DNA of 64,000 nucleotides from a virus (taxonomy: Duplodnaviria; Caudoviricetes), in IMG/VR virus record IMGVR_UViG_3300014208_000024, positions 192,001-256,000 of that record; one strand, 5' to 3'. A program made the position numbers and the translations under genes. The notes below the pieces were generated by a model. It did not search any database and was not told where the DNA came from. It saw nothing but the letters and a program-made list of their open reading frames with translations. How positions within the stretch are numbered: position 1 is the first letter of the stretch; each line of letters starts with the position of its first letter. Positions 10,114 through 18,671 of this stretch are shown piece by piece.

Positions 10114-11142
10114 ATGAAAAAAATCGCATTTTGCACAGGAATAAATGGACAGGATGGAAGTTATCTATCTGAAATGTTGTTAGAGAAAGGATATGAAGTT
10201 CATGGAATGATTAGAAGGAGCAGTTCTTTTAATACAAAAAAGATAGACCACATTTATGATAAGTTAAAATTACATTTTGGAGACGTAACAGATCCGTTGG
10301 TTATTTCAGCTTTAATTTCAAAAATACAACCAGATGAAATTTATAATCTAGCAGCTCAATCACACGTTAAGGTTTCTTTTGAAATACCGTATTATACAGG
10401 ACAAGTAGATGCAATTGGAACATTAAACATACTTGAGGCCATTAAAAACCATTGTCCAAAAGCTAAGTTTTATCAAGCTTCTACATCTGAATTGTATGGA
10501 AAGGTTCAAGAAATTCCACAAAAAGAAACGACTCCGTTTTATCCAAGAAGCCCCTATGGTGTTGCAAAGCTTTATGGTTATTGGATTGTTAAAAATTACA
10601 GAGAAGCTTATGGGGTGTTTGCTTGTAACGGAATATTGTTTAATCACGAATCTCCTAAAAGAGGACTTACTTTTGTTACAAGAAAAATAACATCAGAGCT
10701 TGTAAAAATAAAACATGGAGAGAAAAAAACCCTTCTCCTCGGAAATTTGGATGCAAAAAGAGATTGGGGACACGCAAAAGAATATGTAGAAGGAATGTGG
10801 AGAATGCTTCAATTAGATGAACCAGAAGACTTTGTTTTAGCAACTGGAAAGGCATATTCTGTTAGACATTTTATTGAAGTTGCTACAGAATATCTTGGAT
10901 ATGAAATTGAGTGGATAGGAGATGGAATAGATGAAAAGGGATATGATAAAAAAACTGGACAATTATTAATTGAAATTGATCCAAAATATTTTAGACCATC
11001 AGAGGTTGATTTTTTACTTGGTGATGCAACAAAAGCAAAAGAAATATTGGGCTGGGAACCAAAAATTCACTTTAATGAACTAATTATAGACATACTAAAG
11101 GGAGACATTGAACAGTATGAAAAATTTGGAAAAATAGAATAA
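10114..11142 (+). CDS. gmd: GDP-mannose 4,6-dehydratase
   Basis: [109 protein letters not shown]. Confidence 0.97.
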   Translation: MKKIAFCTGINGQDGSYLSEMLLEKGYEVHGMIRRSSSFNTKKIDHIYDKLKLHFGDVTDPLVISALISKIQPDEIYNLAAQSHVKVSFEIPYYTGQVDAIGTLNILEAIKNHCPKAKFYQASTSELYGKVQEIPQKETTPFYPRSPYGVAKLYGYWIVKNYREAYGVFACNGILFNHESPKRGLTFVTRKITSELVKIKHGEKKTLLLGNLDAKRDWGHAKEYVEGMWRMLQLDEPEDFVLATGKAYSVRHFIEVATEYLGYEIEWIGDGIDEKGYDKKTGQLLIEIDPKYFRPSEVDFLLGDATKAKEILGWEPKIHFNELIIDILKGDIEQYEKFGKIE

Positions 11143-11144
11143 AT

Positions 11145-11176
11145 TTTGCATTATTGAATTTTTTTTTATATATTTG
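11145..11176 (+). promoter_or_regulatory. Bacteroidota-type sigma70 promoter, full consensus
   Basis: TTTG (11145-48), exactly 20 nt, then TATATTTG (11169-76), 21 nt before ATG 11198. Confidence 0.7.
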
Positions 11177-11197
11177 CAAAAAAACAAAACAAAGACT

Positions 11198-12769
11198 ATG
11201 AAATTCAAAAACCTAAAACAGACAGATATTGATTATGCACGTAGAATCTACAAAGATAAATCAATGACTTTTCAACAGAGAATGAATATTTTAACAGATT
11301 ATTTCGAAAAAGATGAACGAACAATTCGCAGATGGTTTTCAAAAAAATTAGAAGGTTTTAAAGAAAAAGAAGATATAGTTGTAGAAAGCGAACATTTTAA
11401 ATTAGCAAAATTAGCACAAATTGATAAAGGGAGAAAATATTATTTAATTTCATCTGCTCAAAACAACACCCTTCCAAATGCAGAATTTATAAAAAACATA
11501 GAGGCATATAGTAATTTTTTAAAAGGACAATTAATTCTCGTTCCATATAGATACAAAAATCCAACATCAATATTTTCAAAAGCAGATAAAGAAAGTGAGT
11601 TTTGGCATCCGAGTCTTGTTAAATATTTGAACGCAAACAGAATAGATTTAAATTCAAAGTTAACTGTTCTTGGAGACATTAAAATTCAGCCTACAAATTC
11701 TGATCCATTGCGAGGAATTCAAGGTATAAGCTCTAAAAAAAGTTGTATTTTGGCACATCCATCAATACATTTTAAAACTATGCATGTTTTAGAAGGATAT
11801 GATAAAAAATTCATGATGACAACTGGCTCTGTAACAAAAGAAAACTATACTGACACTCTATTAGGAAAAAAAGGATCATTTAATCACACATATTCGTTTG
11901 TAATTGTAGAAATTGTTAATGAAGATAAATTTTATTGTAGACAAGTTACGGCAAATTCATCTGGATCTTTTACAGACCTTCATTTTAAAGTTTCTAATGG
12001 AGAAGTGAAAAAAATAAATAGTTGTGGTGCTGTTGTGTTTGGAGACATTCATTCGGGTGACCACAACAAAAAAGTTGTAGACTGTGGTATGGAATTGTGT
12101 AAAAAAATAAACCCCGAACACATTGTTCTTCACGATTTGTTTAATGCTAAATCCATAAATCATCACGAATTTAACAATCCTTTTATTCAATATGAATTGG
12201 AAAAAGAAAATAAAAATTCTTTGAAAAAAGAAATAGACGAGATGCTAAATTGGCTTGAACAATTAAATAAATTTAATGTTGTTGTTGTAAAAAGCAATCA
12301 TGATGATTTTGTATCAACATGGTTAATGCAAGATTGGCGCAAAATGAGCACCTGTAAAAATTCAATAGAATATGTAAAATTTGCATCAATATTATTAGAA
12401 GGAAAAGCAAAAAACGGAATTATTCCTTACTTAATAAATGAAAAATTTCCTAAAATCAAATGTTTAACGGCAAATGATAGTTTTATTGTTAATTCTTGGG
12501 AGCTTGCGCAACACAGTTCTGTTGGAAGTTCGGGAACAAGAGGGTCTTTAAATTCTTATAGTTCTTTAAGTATAAAATGTGTATTGGGACACGGGCATAC
12601 GGCCACTAGAAAAATGGGTACTATAATGGTTGGAACATTTACCAATTTACGTGTTGGATATAATAATGGCCCTAGCAACTGGGTAAACTCTTTAGTAATC
12701 ATTCACAATGACAAAAAAGCACAATTAATTATAATGGACGAGGATGGAAAATTTACTACTTTGAAATAA
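11198..12769 (+). CDS. Calcineurin-like metallophosphoesterase with N-terminal HTH-like region
   Basis: VVFGDIHSGD, IVLHDLFN, VVKSNHDDF and VLGHGHT motifs; N-terminal ERTIRRW helix. ATG at 11198 is used because the track's TTG start lies inside the promoter. Confidence 0.65.
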   Translation: MKFKNLKQTDIDYARRIYKDKSMTFQQRMNILTDYFEKDERTIRRWFSKKLEGFKEKEDIVVESEHFKLAKLAQIDKGRKYYLISSAQNNTLPNAEFIKNIEAYSNFLKGQLILVPYRYKNPTSIFSKADKESEFWHPSLVKYLNANRIDLNSKLTVLGDIKIQPTNSDPLRGIQGISSKKSCILAHPSIHFKTMHVLEGYDKKFMMTTGSVTKENYTDTLLGKKGSFNHTYSFVIVEIVNEDKFYCRQVTANSSGSFTDLHFKVSNGEVKKINSCGAVVFGDIHSGDHNKKVVDCGMELCKKINPEHIVLHDLFNAKSINHHEFNNPFIQYELEKENKNSLKKEIDEMLNWLEQLNKFNVVVVKSNHDDFVSTWLMQDWRKMSTCKNSIEYVKFASILLEGKAKNGIIPYLINEKFPKIKCLTANDSFIVNSWELAQHSSVGSSGTRGSLNSYSSLSIKCVLGHGHTATRKMGTIMVGTFTNLRVGYNNGPSNWVNSLVIIHNDKKAQLIIMDEDGKFTTLK

Positions 12770-13838
12770 TATTAGCCTTTAACAACATTTCTTCTATATT
12801 TTCATTATATTTTATAACTACAAGTAAAATTTTGTTGTTTTTACAATATTCCATTTTTATTTTATCTCTTTTTTGCTGAGATTTAAACATTTTTTCTCCA
12901 CCAAACCATTCAATGGGTTCATAGTGTTGTATTCCATGAAATTCTATGCAAATTTTTTTGTCTAACAAATAAAAATCAAAAGGAAGTGTATATTTATCAT
13001 AACAATCGATAAATCTTTTTTGCTGTTTAAAACAAATACCAAATTTAAGCAACATGAATTTAATTTGTGTTTCTCCAGTAGGTTCTTTACAAATTGGACA
13101 CCCTTTTCTTCGAAGGTGATTGTTTGGAGTCTGTAAAAATAAACCATGTTTATTACAAACTATACTTACTTTAATGTTGTCCCCTTTGTATTCTACAAAA
13201 TCATAATTATATTTATTGCCATGAATTTTTTCAAATTGCTTTATTAAAAAATCTGTTTTATTAACAGCATTGTGTTTAGTACATTTTACATGATAATTAT
13301 AAGGTAATATAAGGTGTTCTGTGTTATAATCTTTATTTATAATAGTTATTTTTGTATTGGCATTAATATAATTTATTTTTGAATAATCATATTTATCTCC
13401 ATGAATATTTTTAAATCTTTTAATTATATCATTATTTGAGTAATTAAAGTGTCTTCCATTACATTTTGGACATCCACTACCAAACATGTGACTTCCTGGC
13501 GTTTGTTTAAAATCTCCATGAAGTTTACATGTAATGATTATTTTTGTTTTTTCATCTTTATAAGTTACTTTTGAATAATCATATTTTTCTCCGTGCTTTT
13601 TAACAAATCTTTTTATTAAAACATCTAATGGGATTTTAAATTTATCAAATGCACATTTTTTACATATGCATCCATTTATGTGATCATGCGCTATTTGTAA
13701 AAATTCTCCATGTGTTGGACACACTATTTTTACTTTTGTGTGATTATTTATATATTCAACTAAACCATAATCATATTTATCTCCATGTACAAATTTAGCT
13801 TTTTCTACAAATTCTTGTGTTGTTAATTTTTTAGGCAT
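12756..13838 (-). CDS. Free-standing putative homing endonuclease: four HG(D/E/N)KY(D/N)Y repeats (DUF723-like) plus C-terminal PD-(D/E)XK/DUF559-like nuclease
   Basis: Repeats HGDKYDY..V.Y....K..I.C..HG.F.Q....H..G..C..C, of which repeat 3 lacks the Cys/His ligands; C-terminal LPFDFYL...KICIEFHGIQHY...RDKIK.EYC..NKI.L..IKY. ATG at 13838. Confidence 0.7.
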   Translation of the reverse strand: MPKKLTTQEFVEKAKFVHGDKYDYGLVEYINNHTKVKIVCPTHGEFLQIAHDHINGCICKKCAFDKFKIPLDVLIKRFVKKHGEKYDYSKVTYKDEKTKIIITCKLHGDFKQTPGSHMFGSGCPKCNGRHFNYSNNDIIKRFKNIHGDKYDYSKINYINANTKITIINKDYNTEHLILPYNYHVKCTKHNAVNKTDFLIKQFEKIHGNKYNYDFVEYKGDNIKVSIVCNKHGLFLQTPNNHLRRKGCPICKEPTGETQIKFMLLKFGICFKQQKRFIDCYDKYTLPFDFYLLDKKICIEFHGIQHYEPIEWFGGEKMFKSQQKRDKIKMEYCKNNKILLVVIKYNENIEEMLLKANIISK

Positions 13839-13839
13839 A

Positions 13840-13995
13840 TCATTTATTTTTAACCTGATTAAAATGTTCAATTAACAACCATTCAATAAACTTAGACTTA
13901 TTTTTTATTTCCTCTAAATGAATATATAATTCATTAGGTATTCTTACAGCAATTGTCTGTTTCTGCTTTTCTAAATTTATTTTTCTTCTTCCCAT
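13840..13995 (-). CDS. Small ribbon-helix-helix (RHH/CopG-like) DNA-binding protein, 51 aa, absent from the ORF track
   Basis: Hand translation MGRRKINLEKQKQTIAVRIPNELYIHLEEIKNKSKFIEWLLIEHFNQVKNK*: strand TIAVRIP, helix, then NKSKFIEWLL. Its TGA is 1 nt before the endonuclease ATG. Confidence 0.7.
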   Translation of the reverse strand: MGRRKINLEKQKQTIAVRIPNELYIHLEEIKNKSKFIEWLLIEHFNQVKNK

Positions 13996-14061
13996 AATAA
14001 ATAATTTTTAGTGTTTATTATAAATAGAAGAAAAAAATAAAAACAGAACAGGTCGTGTAAA

Positions 14062-14196
14062 TTATTTTTTGTTTTTTTCTATATATTCTTTTAACAATCG
14101 TATTATCAACTTACTACGATTATAATCGCCATCATCTAATTTTTTTATAATTTCTGGAGGAAGCGTTATGCTTAATTTTATTGATTTGTCTTTCAT
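14062..14196 (-). CDS. Small ribbon-helix-helix protein, 44 aa, absent from the ORF track
   Basis: Hand translation MKDKSIKLSITLPPEIIKKLDDGDYNRSKLIIRLLKEYIEKNKK* fits the RHH consensus (sitLp.el...Ld......rSkli..ll..y). Confidence 0.75.
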   Translation of the reverse strand: MKDKSIKLSITLPPEIIKKLDDGDYNRSKLIIRLLKEYIEKNKK

Positions 14197-14314
14197 AGTT
14201 TTTCTTTTTTTTAAATATAATCAAAAAAATTATAAATACAAAAAATTTTTTTTTAAAAAAAACCTTTACTATTGTAGAGGCTTTTTTTATATTATGTGCA
14301 TAAAATAAAAAAAA

Positions 14315-14752
14315 ATGTACTTAAAAAATGAAATAAATTGGTACGATTCTGGGCTGATAGATGGAATACATTCAGACAAAATGAAAGATAAAGTTATAAG
14401 GTCTTTTAATGTAGCCAGGGAATTAATACTTGAAAATAATTCTAACAAAAAACTTCCACAATTAAGGGAGTGTGTGAATGTAGTTGTCTTCCCAATAATA
14501 CGAAGATGTTTATATGTAAACGACTCAGAACTCAGTTGTATTAAAGATGAGGAATTTGAATTTGATAGAGAAAAAATGAATTCTTTTTTATGGATGATAA
14601 GTGATCTTTCTGATATATATTTAATAGAGAAGCATTTTAGAACTTTAGATGCTCAGGCGGAAATATGCTCTCATCTGTGTACATTGTATGTTGCTGAGCA
14701 AAACAACACATTTAGAACTCAACAAAGATTAATTAAGAAACAAATAAACTAA
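14315..14752 (+). CDS. Hypothetical protein with segments resembling a T4 gp23-type major capsid protein
   Basis: WYDSGLIDGI...VVVFPIIRRC and LDAQAEICSHL recall the capsid N-terminal W...GL.eGl...vfPivRR and DAEAEL..lL segments (recalled, not searched). Confidence 0.4.
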   Translation: MYLKNEINWYDSGLIDGIHSDKMKDKVIRSFNVARELILENNSNKKLPQLRECVNVVVFPIIRRCLYVNDSELSCIKDEEFEFDREKMNSFLWMISDLSDIYLIEKHFRTLDAQAEICSHLCTLYVAEQNNTFRTQQRLIKKQIN

Positions 14753-14757
14753 CTAAC

Positions 14758-15522
14758 ATGAAAAAATTAGGAATTTCAATTGATGGTGTTATCAGAAACT
14801 ATCTTGATGCTTTTGACAAGCAATATCGAAAACATTTCATTCACAACGAAAGCATTGTAGAAATGAATGAAGAATTTCAATACAAAGAACCAACGGAACA
14901 AGATTTTGAAGAAAAGACAAAACAAATAGAAGCAAGAATAAAAGAATTAATATCATTGCCTGTTGATTCTCCAGATTTGTTAAATCATTATCAATTTAAA
15001 GAAATAAAAGAATTCGAAACTGAAAACGCATTTAAGCCAGAGGAAGAAAATGTTATTTTTGAAAATTTTAAATCATTTGAGAACAAAATTTTAACACCCC
15101 AAGAAGCTTTAAATCAATTTATGTATGAAAAACATCCATTTAGAATCTTTGGAGATTCAGAAGAATATCAAAATGCAATGAGTCATTTTAACAGAATTCA
15201 GGCTTATGGATTACAAAAAGGGTTATTTGAAACTGTTTTAATTACTGATTTAAAAGCATCTGCAATATCTGCAAACTATTTCTTTCTACACAGAACTGGA
15301 TGTAGAGCAAGAAATGTACAAATAGCAAAAGATGATGCCGACAAATGGAATTATTGTGATATTTTGGTGGATGCATCTCCATTGGCAATTCAAGCAAAAC
15401 CAGAAGGAAAAACATCAATTAAAATTGATAGATTATACAATCAATATGATGAGGCCGATTATACACTTAAACATTTAAAAGATTTAAACAACGAAATGTT
15501 ACTAAAAAAATTATTTGAATAA
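14758..15522 (+). CDS. HAD-superfamily 5'(3')-deoxyribonucleotidase-like protein with degenerate motif I
   Basis: N-terminal LGISIDGVIRN (DxDGV with the first Asp replaced by Ser), C-terminal CDILVDASP and KIDRLYNQ. Confidence 0.55.
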   Translation: MKKLGISIDGVIRNYLDAFDKQYRKHFIHNESIVEMNEEFQYKEPTEQDFEEKTKQIEARIKELISLPVDSPDLLNHYQFKEIKEFETENAFKPEEENVIFENFKSFENKILTPQEALNQFMYEKHPFRIFGDSEEYQNAMSHFNRIQAYGLQKGLFETVLITDLKASAISANYFFLHRTGCRARNVQIAKDDADKWNYCDILVDASPLAIQAKPEGKTSIKIDRLYNQYDEADYTLKHLKDLNNEMLLKKLFE

Positions 15523-15527
15523 AAATT

Positions 15528-16505
15528 ATGAAAAAGAAAATTAAAAATTCTGTAAAAACAGAAATGAAAAACATGGTTCAAAAAGAATTGTCAAGAATCA
15601 TGGCAAAACAAATCTCAAACGAAGACTTTTTTAAAGAAATGGTACAAGAAGTTATAAGTGACTTTTATGAAGTAGAAAAAGAAGAGATAAAAGAAAAAAC
15701 AAGTTATGATTCAATTAAAGAGTTTGGAAGAGATAAGGCTAGTGTTATTAATGATATTATGGAAGGAAAATATAGAGAAGATTTTTCTAAAATAATAAAC
15801 AAAGATATTAATAAAAACAAAACCGAAGTTTGCTTTGATCCAATTTCTCAGTTAAAAACAAGAGTTTCAAACTCTAAGATTGAATTAACTCCAGAACAAA
15901 TGAATGTTTTATTTGGAAAAAGAAAAGAAAATTCAGAACCTGAAATAGAAAATAAATTACTTTTTTCGCAACCAAACCCACATAATCTTAACATTTTAAA
16001 AAACATAAATGGAGAACAAGCAATTCAAGATTATGAAAGGATTCAATACACAAAAGAGGTTATAAAAGATTTGTTTGATTATATTGAAAAAAACAAATCT
16101 CACTTGAAAGCTATACATGAACAAATGCATATAAACAATAAATCTGTTGAAATATATAAAATTCAAAACGAAGCTGAAAAAGATTTGATAAATGATTTTA
16201 GAATATATAAAACTTTTTCCACAAGAATAAATCCAGAATATTTTTCTTTTGAAGTAGAAATTAAAACAAGTGAAATAACAAAACAGAAAATTATTGCTTT
16301 AAAAAACGTAGTAATGAAAAGTGTTGATATTTCTGATGGAGTTATTGGAGCAGAAGATGCAGAAAAATTGTTAGAAATAGCTCAGGACATTTATTCTAAC
16401 ACTACAATTAAACCGCTTTCTCAAACAGAACCAATTACAAAAGAAGAAATTCTTGTAACAAAAAAATTAAAAAATAAAAAAAAACAAATAAAAGTAAAAA
16501 AATAA
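15528..16505 (+). CDS. Hypothetical protein (charged, helical)
   Basis: 325-aa ORF in operon context; no motif recognised. Confidence 0.55.
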   Translation: MKKKIKNSVKTEMKNMVQKELSRIMAKQISNEDFFKEMVQEVISDFYEVEKEEIKEKTSYDSIKEFGRDKASVINDIMEGKYREDFSKIINKDINKNKTEVCFDPISQLKTRVSNSKIELTPEQMNVLFGKRKENSEPEIENKLLFSQPNPHNLNILKNINGEQAIQDYERIQYTKEVIKDLFDYIEKNKSHLKAIHEQMHINNKSVEIYKIQNEAEKDLINDFRIYKTFSTRINPEYFSFEVEIKTSEITKQKIIALKNVVMKSVDISDGVIGAEDAEKLLEIAQDIYSNTTIKPLSQTEPITKEEILVTKKLKNKKKQIKVKK

Positions 16506-16570
16506 AATAACCATTTATTTTATTTTTAAAAATAAGTATAATTTATTTAAATAATTGTAAAAAAATTAAT

Positions 16571-17758
16571 ATGGAAAAAGAAGTTATTGATAACACACAG
16601 ATTGATCACAACACATTAGTTCAATCTGTAATTGAAAAAGTAAGAAATAATGAATCAAAATATTATTTCTATTGTCCTGCATTAAATTCTCCCAGTGGCG
16701 GAATTAGTGTTTTGATAAAATTGGCAAAAATATTAAAAGACGGGGGATATAATTCTAAAATCGTTTTTGAACCAAGACAAGATCAAAAGGCATCTTATGA
16801 AGAATCAAGAAAACAAAATAAACAAGTTGTAATATTTGAAAAATTTAACCCAACATGGTTAGATTTTGATTATTCAGATGTTGAATTTATTCCACTTGGA
16901 GATAAAGATATTGTTTATAATGATGGAACAAAACAGGCGTGTTTACCTTTGAATGTTAATCCTGAAGATTTTTTTATAATTCCAGAAGGGTTTCCAAATG
17001 TAATGAAAAAAACTGCACAAGTAGCTTGTAAAAAAATTGTTTTAGCACAAAGTTGGTTTTATGTTCTTAATGCCTTAAATACTGGAGAAACATGGCAAGG
17101 AATGGGTGTTTTTGATGTAATTTCAGTATCAGATGCAATTACAGAATATTTAAATACAGTTATGCCTGGTTTAAGAATTAAAAACTTTTCACAAGGAATC
17201 AATAGAAAGATTTTCCGTGTTCCTGGAAAAAAATCCTCTAAATATCCAATGATTGGATTTACTGGAAACAGAGGTCAAGAAAATCAAATGAAAACATTTA
17301 ACATTATAAAAACATTTCAAGCTTTTTATCCACACTTAAGGTGGGTTAGGTTTATTCAATTAAGTGGATTGTCCAAAAAAGAATTTGCAGAAAGATTACA
17401 AAGTTGCGCATTTGTTTTGTATACAGATGATGTTGCTGGATTTGGAACCCTCCCTCTTGAATCAATGGCATCTGGAACTCATGTTGTAGGATGGAATTCA
17501 TATGGTGGAAAAGAGTATGTAACACAAGATAATGGATTTTGGACTGTTAATGGAGATATTTTCCAGACAGCAGAAATTCTAGGTGTTGCCGTTGATAAAT
17601 GGTTAAATGGAGAATTAGATGTCAACGAAATTCAAGAGTCTTATGAAAAAACTCTCGAAAGATATACAGAAGATGGAGAAAAAGAAGGCTTTTTAAATAT
17701 TATTAACGAATATAAAAATGAAAGAATCAATGAACTTGAAGGACTTAAAAAACAGTAA
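16571..17758 (+). CDS. GT-B fold glycosyltransferase (GT4-like)
   Basis: YFYCPALNSPSGGISVLIKLA.IL, FFIIPEGF and the C-terminal donor-binding motif FGTLPLESMASGTHVVG. Confidence 0.75.
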   Translation: MEKEVIDNTQIDHNTLVQSVIEKVRNNESKYYFYCPALNSPSGGISVLIKLAKILKDGGYNSKIVFEPRQDQKASYEESRKQNKQVVIFEKFNPTWLDFDYSDVEFIPLGDKDIVYNDGTKQACLPLNVNPEDFFIIPEGFPNVMKKTAQVACKKIVLAQSWFYVLNALNTGETWQGMGVFDVISVSDAITEYLNTVMPGLRIKNFSQGINRKIFRVPGKKSSKYPMIGFTGNRGQENQMKTFNIIKTFQAFYPHLRWVRFIQLSGLSKKEFAERLQSCAFVLYTDDVAGFGTLPLESMASGTHVVGWNSYGGKEYVTQDNGFWTVNGDIFQTAEILGVAVDKWLNGELDVNEIQESYEKTLERYTEDGEKEGFLNIINEYKNERINELEGLKKQ

Positions 17759-18671
17759 CATACTTGTCTCTATATTTATAGACGACTTAAGTAATTTAAT
17801 CACATTAGAAGAAACTCTTTATAGTGTTTCTAAACAAAGTCATAATGTGGATTTATTAGTGTTGCACTCAGAAGATTTTTCTGAAGAACAACTTAATTTA
17901 TTAAAAAATGCACTTAACAATCCTAAACTTATTTTAAGAAAGAAAAATCAACAAGGGTTGTTAGAGGAACAAATATTAGAAACTGATGGAAGAGTAAATT
18001 ATTTTCTAAAATCATCTAGTATTAATAATTTTCCAAAAATTTTTAATGAAACATTTAATATTGCTTTAGAAAATGAATATGAATTCTTTTCTGCAATAGA
18101 ACCAAACGATGTTGTTGGGTTAAACTGGTTTTTGCAAGCAAACTTATATGCAATTGAAAATGAAAATATTTCAATTTTTTTCCCAATCATTAGAAATACA
18201 GTAAATGGAATTTTCAATGGTCTACTTAATGAAGCTCCTTGGGCTGAGGGACTCTCAGAAGAAGCTGGAAAAGTAGATATTAATCTTTTAAACCGCTTTA
18301 ATTGTATGGTTCCTATTGGTACAATGTTTAGAGTAAGTGGGATTAAAGAATATAGCGAACAAAAAGAAGATGGAAAATATTACCCATTCAAAGAAAGTAT
18401 AAAAATTAGTCATTATTATGAGTTTTTAATGAGAATGGTATATAATGATGTAAAAGCAATGTGTGTTCCAAGAATTGGATATGAATTTAAAGCAAAAAAC
18501 AGTGACGTTTTCAAACACATATATTGTAAAATTCCAGGTAATATTTCACAAATTCCAATAGAAAAAGGAGGAATAACTCCAGCTGAAGGAAAGTTTTGGA
18601 TGGATTTAGCTAAAAAAGAATATTTCTTTGATGAAGATAGAAATAAAGTCTATGAAGAAGAAAAACAGTAA
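17718..18671 (+). CDS. GT-A fold glycosyltransferase-like protein (GT2-like, divergent)
   Basis: LEETLYSVSKQ, FNIALENEYEFFSAIEPNDVV, FLMRMVYNDVKAMCVPRIGY pattern; follows the GT-B gene. Confidence 0.55.
   Translation: MKESMNLKDLKNSNILVSIFIDDLSNLITLEETLYSVSKQSHNVDLLVLHSEDFSEEQLNLLKNALNNPKLILRKKNQQGLLEEQILETDGRVNYFLKSSSINNFPKIFNETFNIALENEYEFFSAIEPNDVVGLNWFLQANLYAIENENISIFFPIIRNTVNGIFNGLLNEAPWAEGLSEEAGKVDINLLNRFNCMVPIGTMFRVSGIKEYSEQKEDGKYYPFKESIKISHYYEFLMRMVYNDVKAMCVPRIGYEFKAKNSDVFKHIYCKIPGNISQIPIEKGGITPAEGKFWMDLAKKEYFFDEDRNKVYEEEKQ

Noticed and set aside
1-11142. Interpretation as a bacterial O-antigen/capsule locus or a eukaryotic giant virus
   Set aside because: No wzx/wzy/wzz or initiating transferase is visible, and the locus is contiguous with phage baseplate, primase and recombination genes. 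Contractile-tail baseplate genes and bacterial promoters argue against an NCLDV.
14255-14288. Hairpin AAAAAAACCTTTAC-TATT-GTAGAGGCTTTTTTT as a terminator
   Set aside because: The stem is imperfect and lies between divergent genes where nothing obvious needs terminating. It is noted only as a possible operator or regulatory element.
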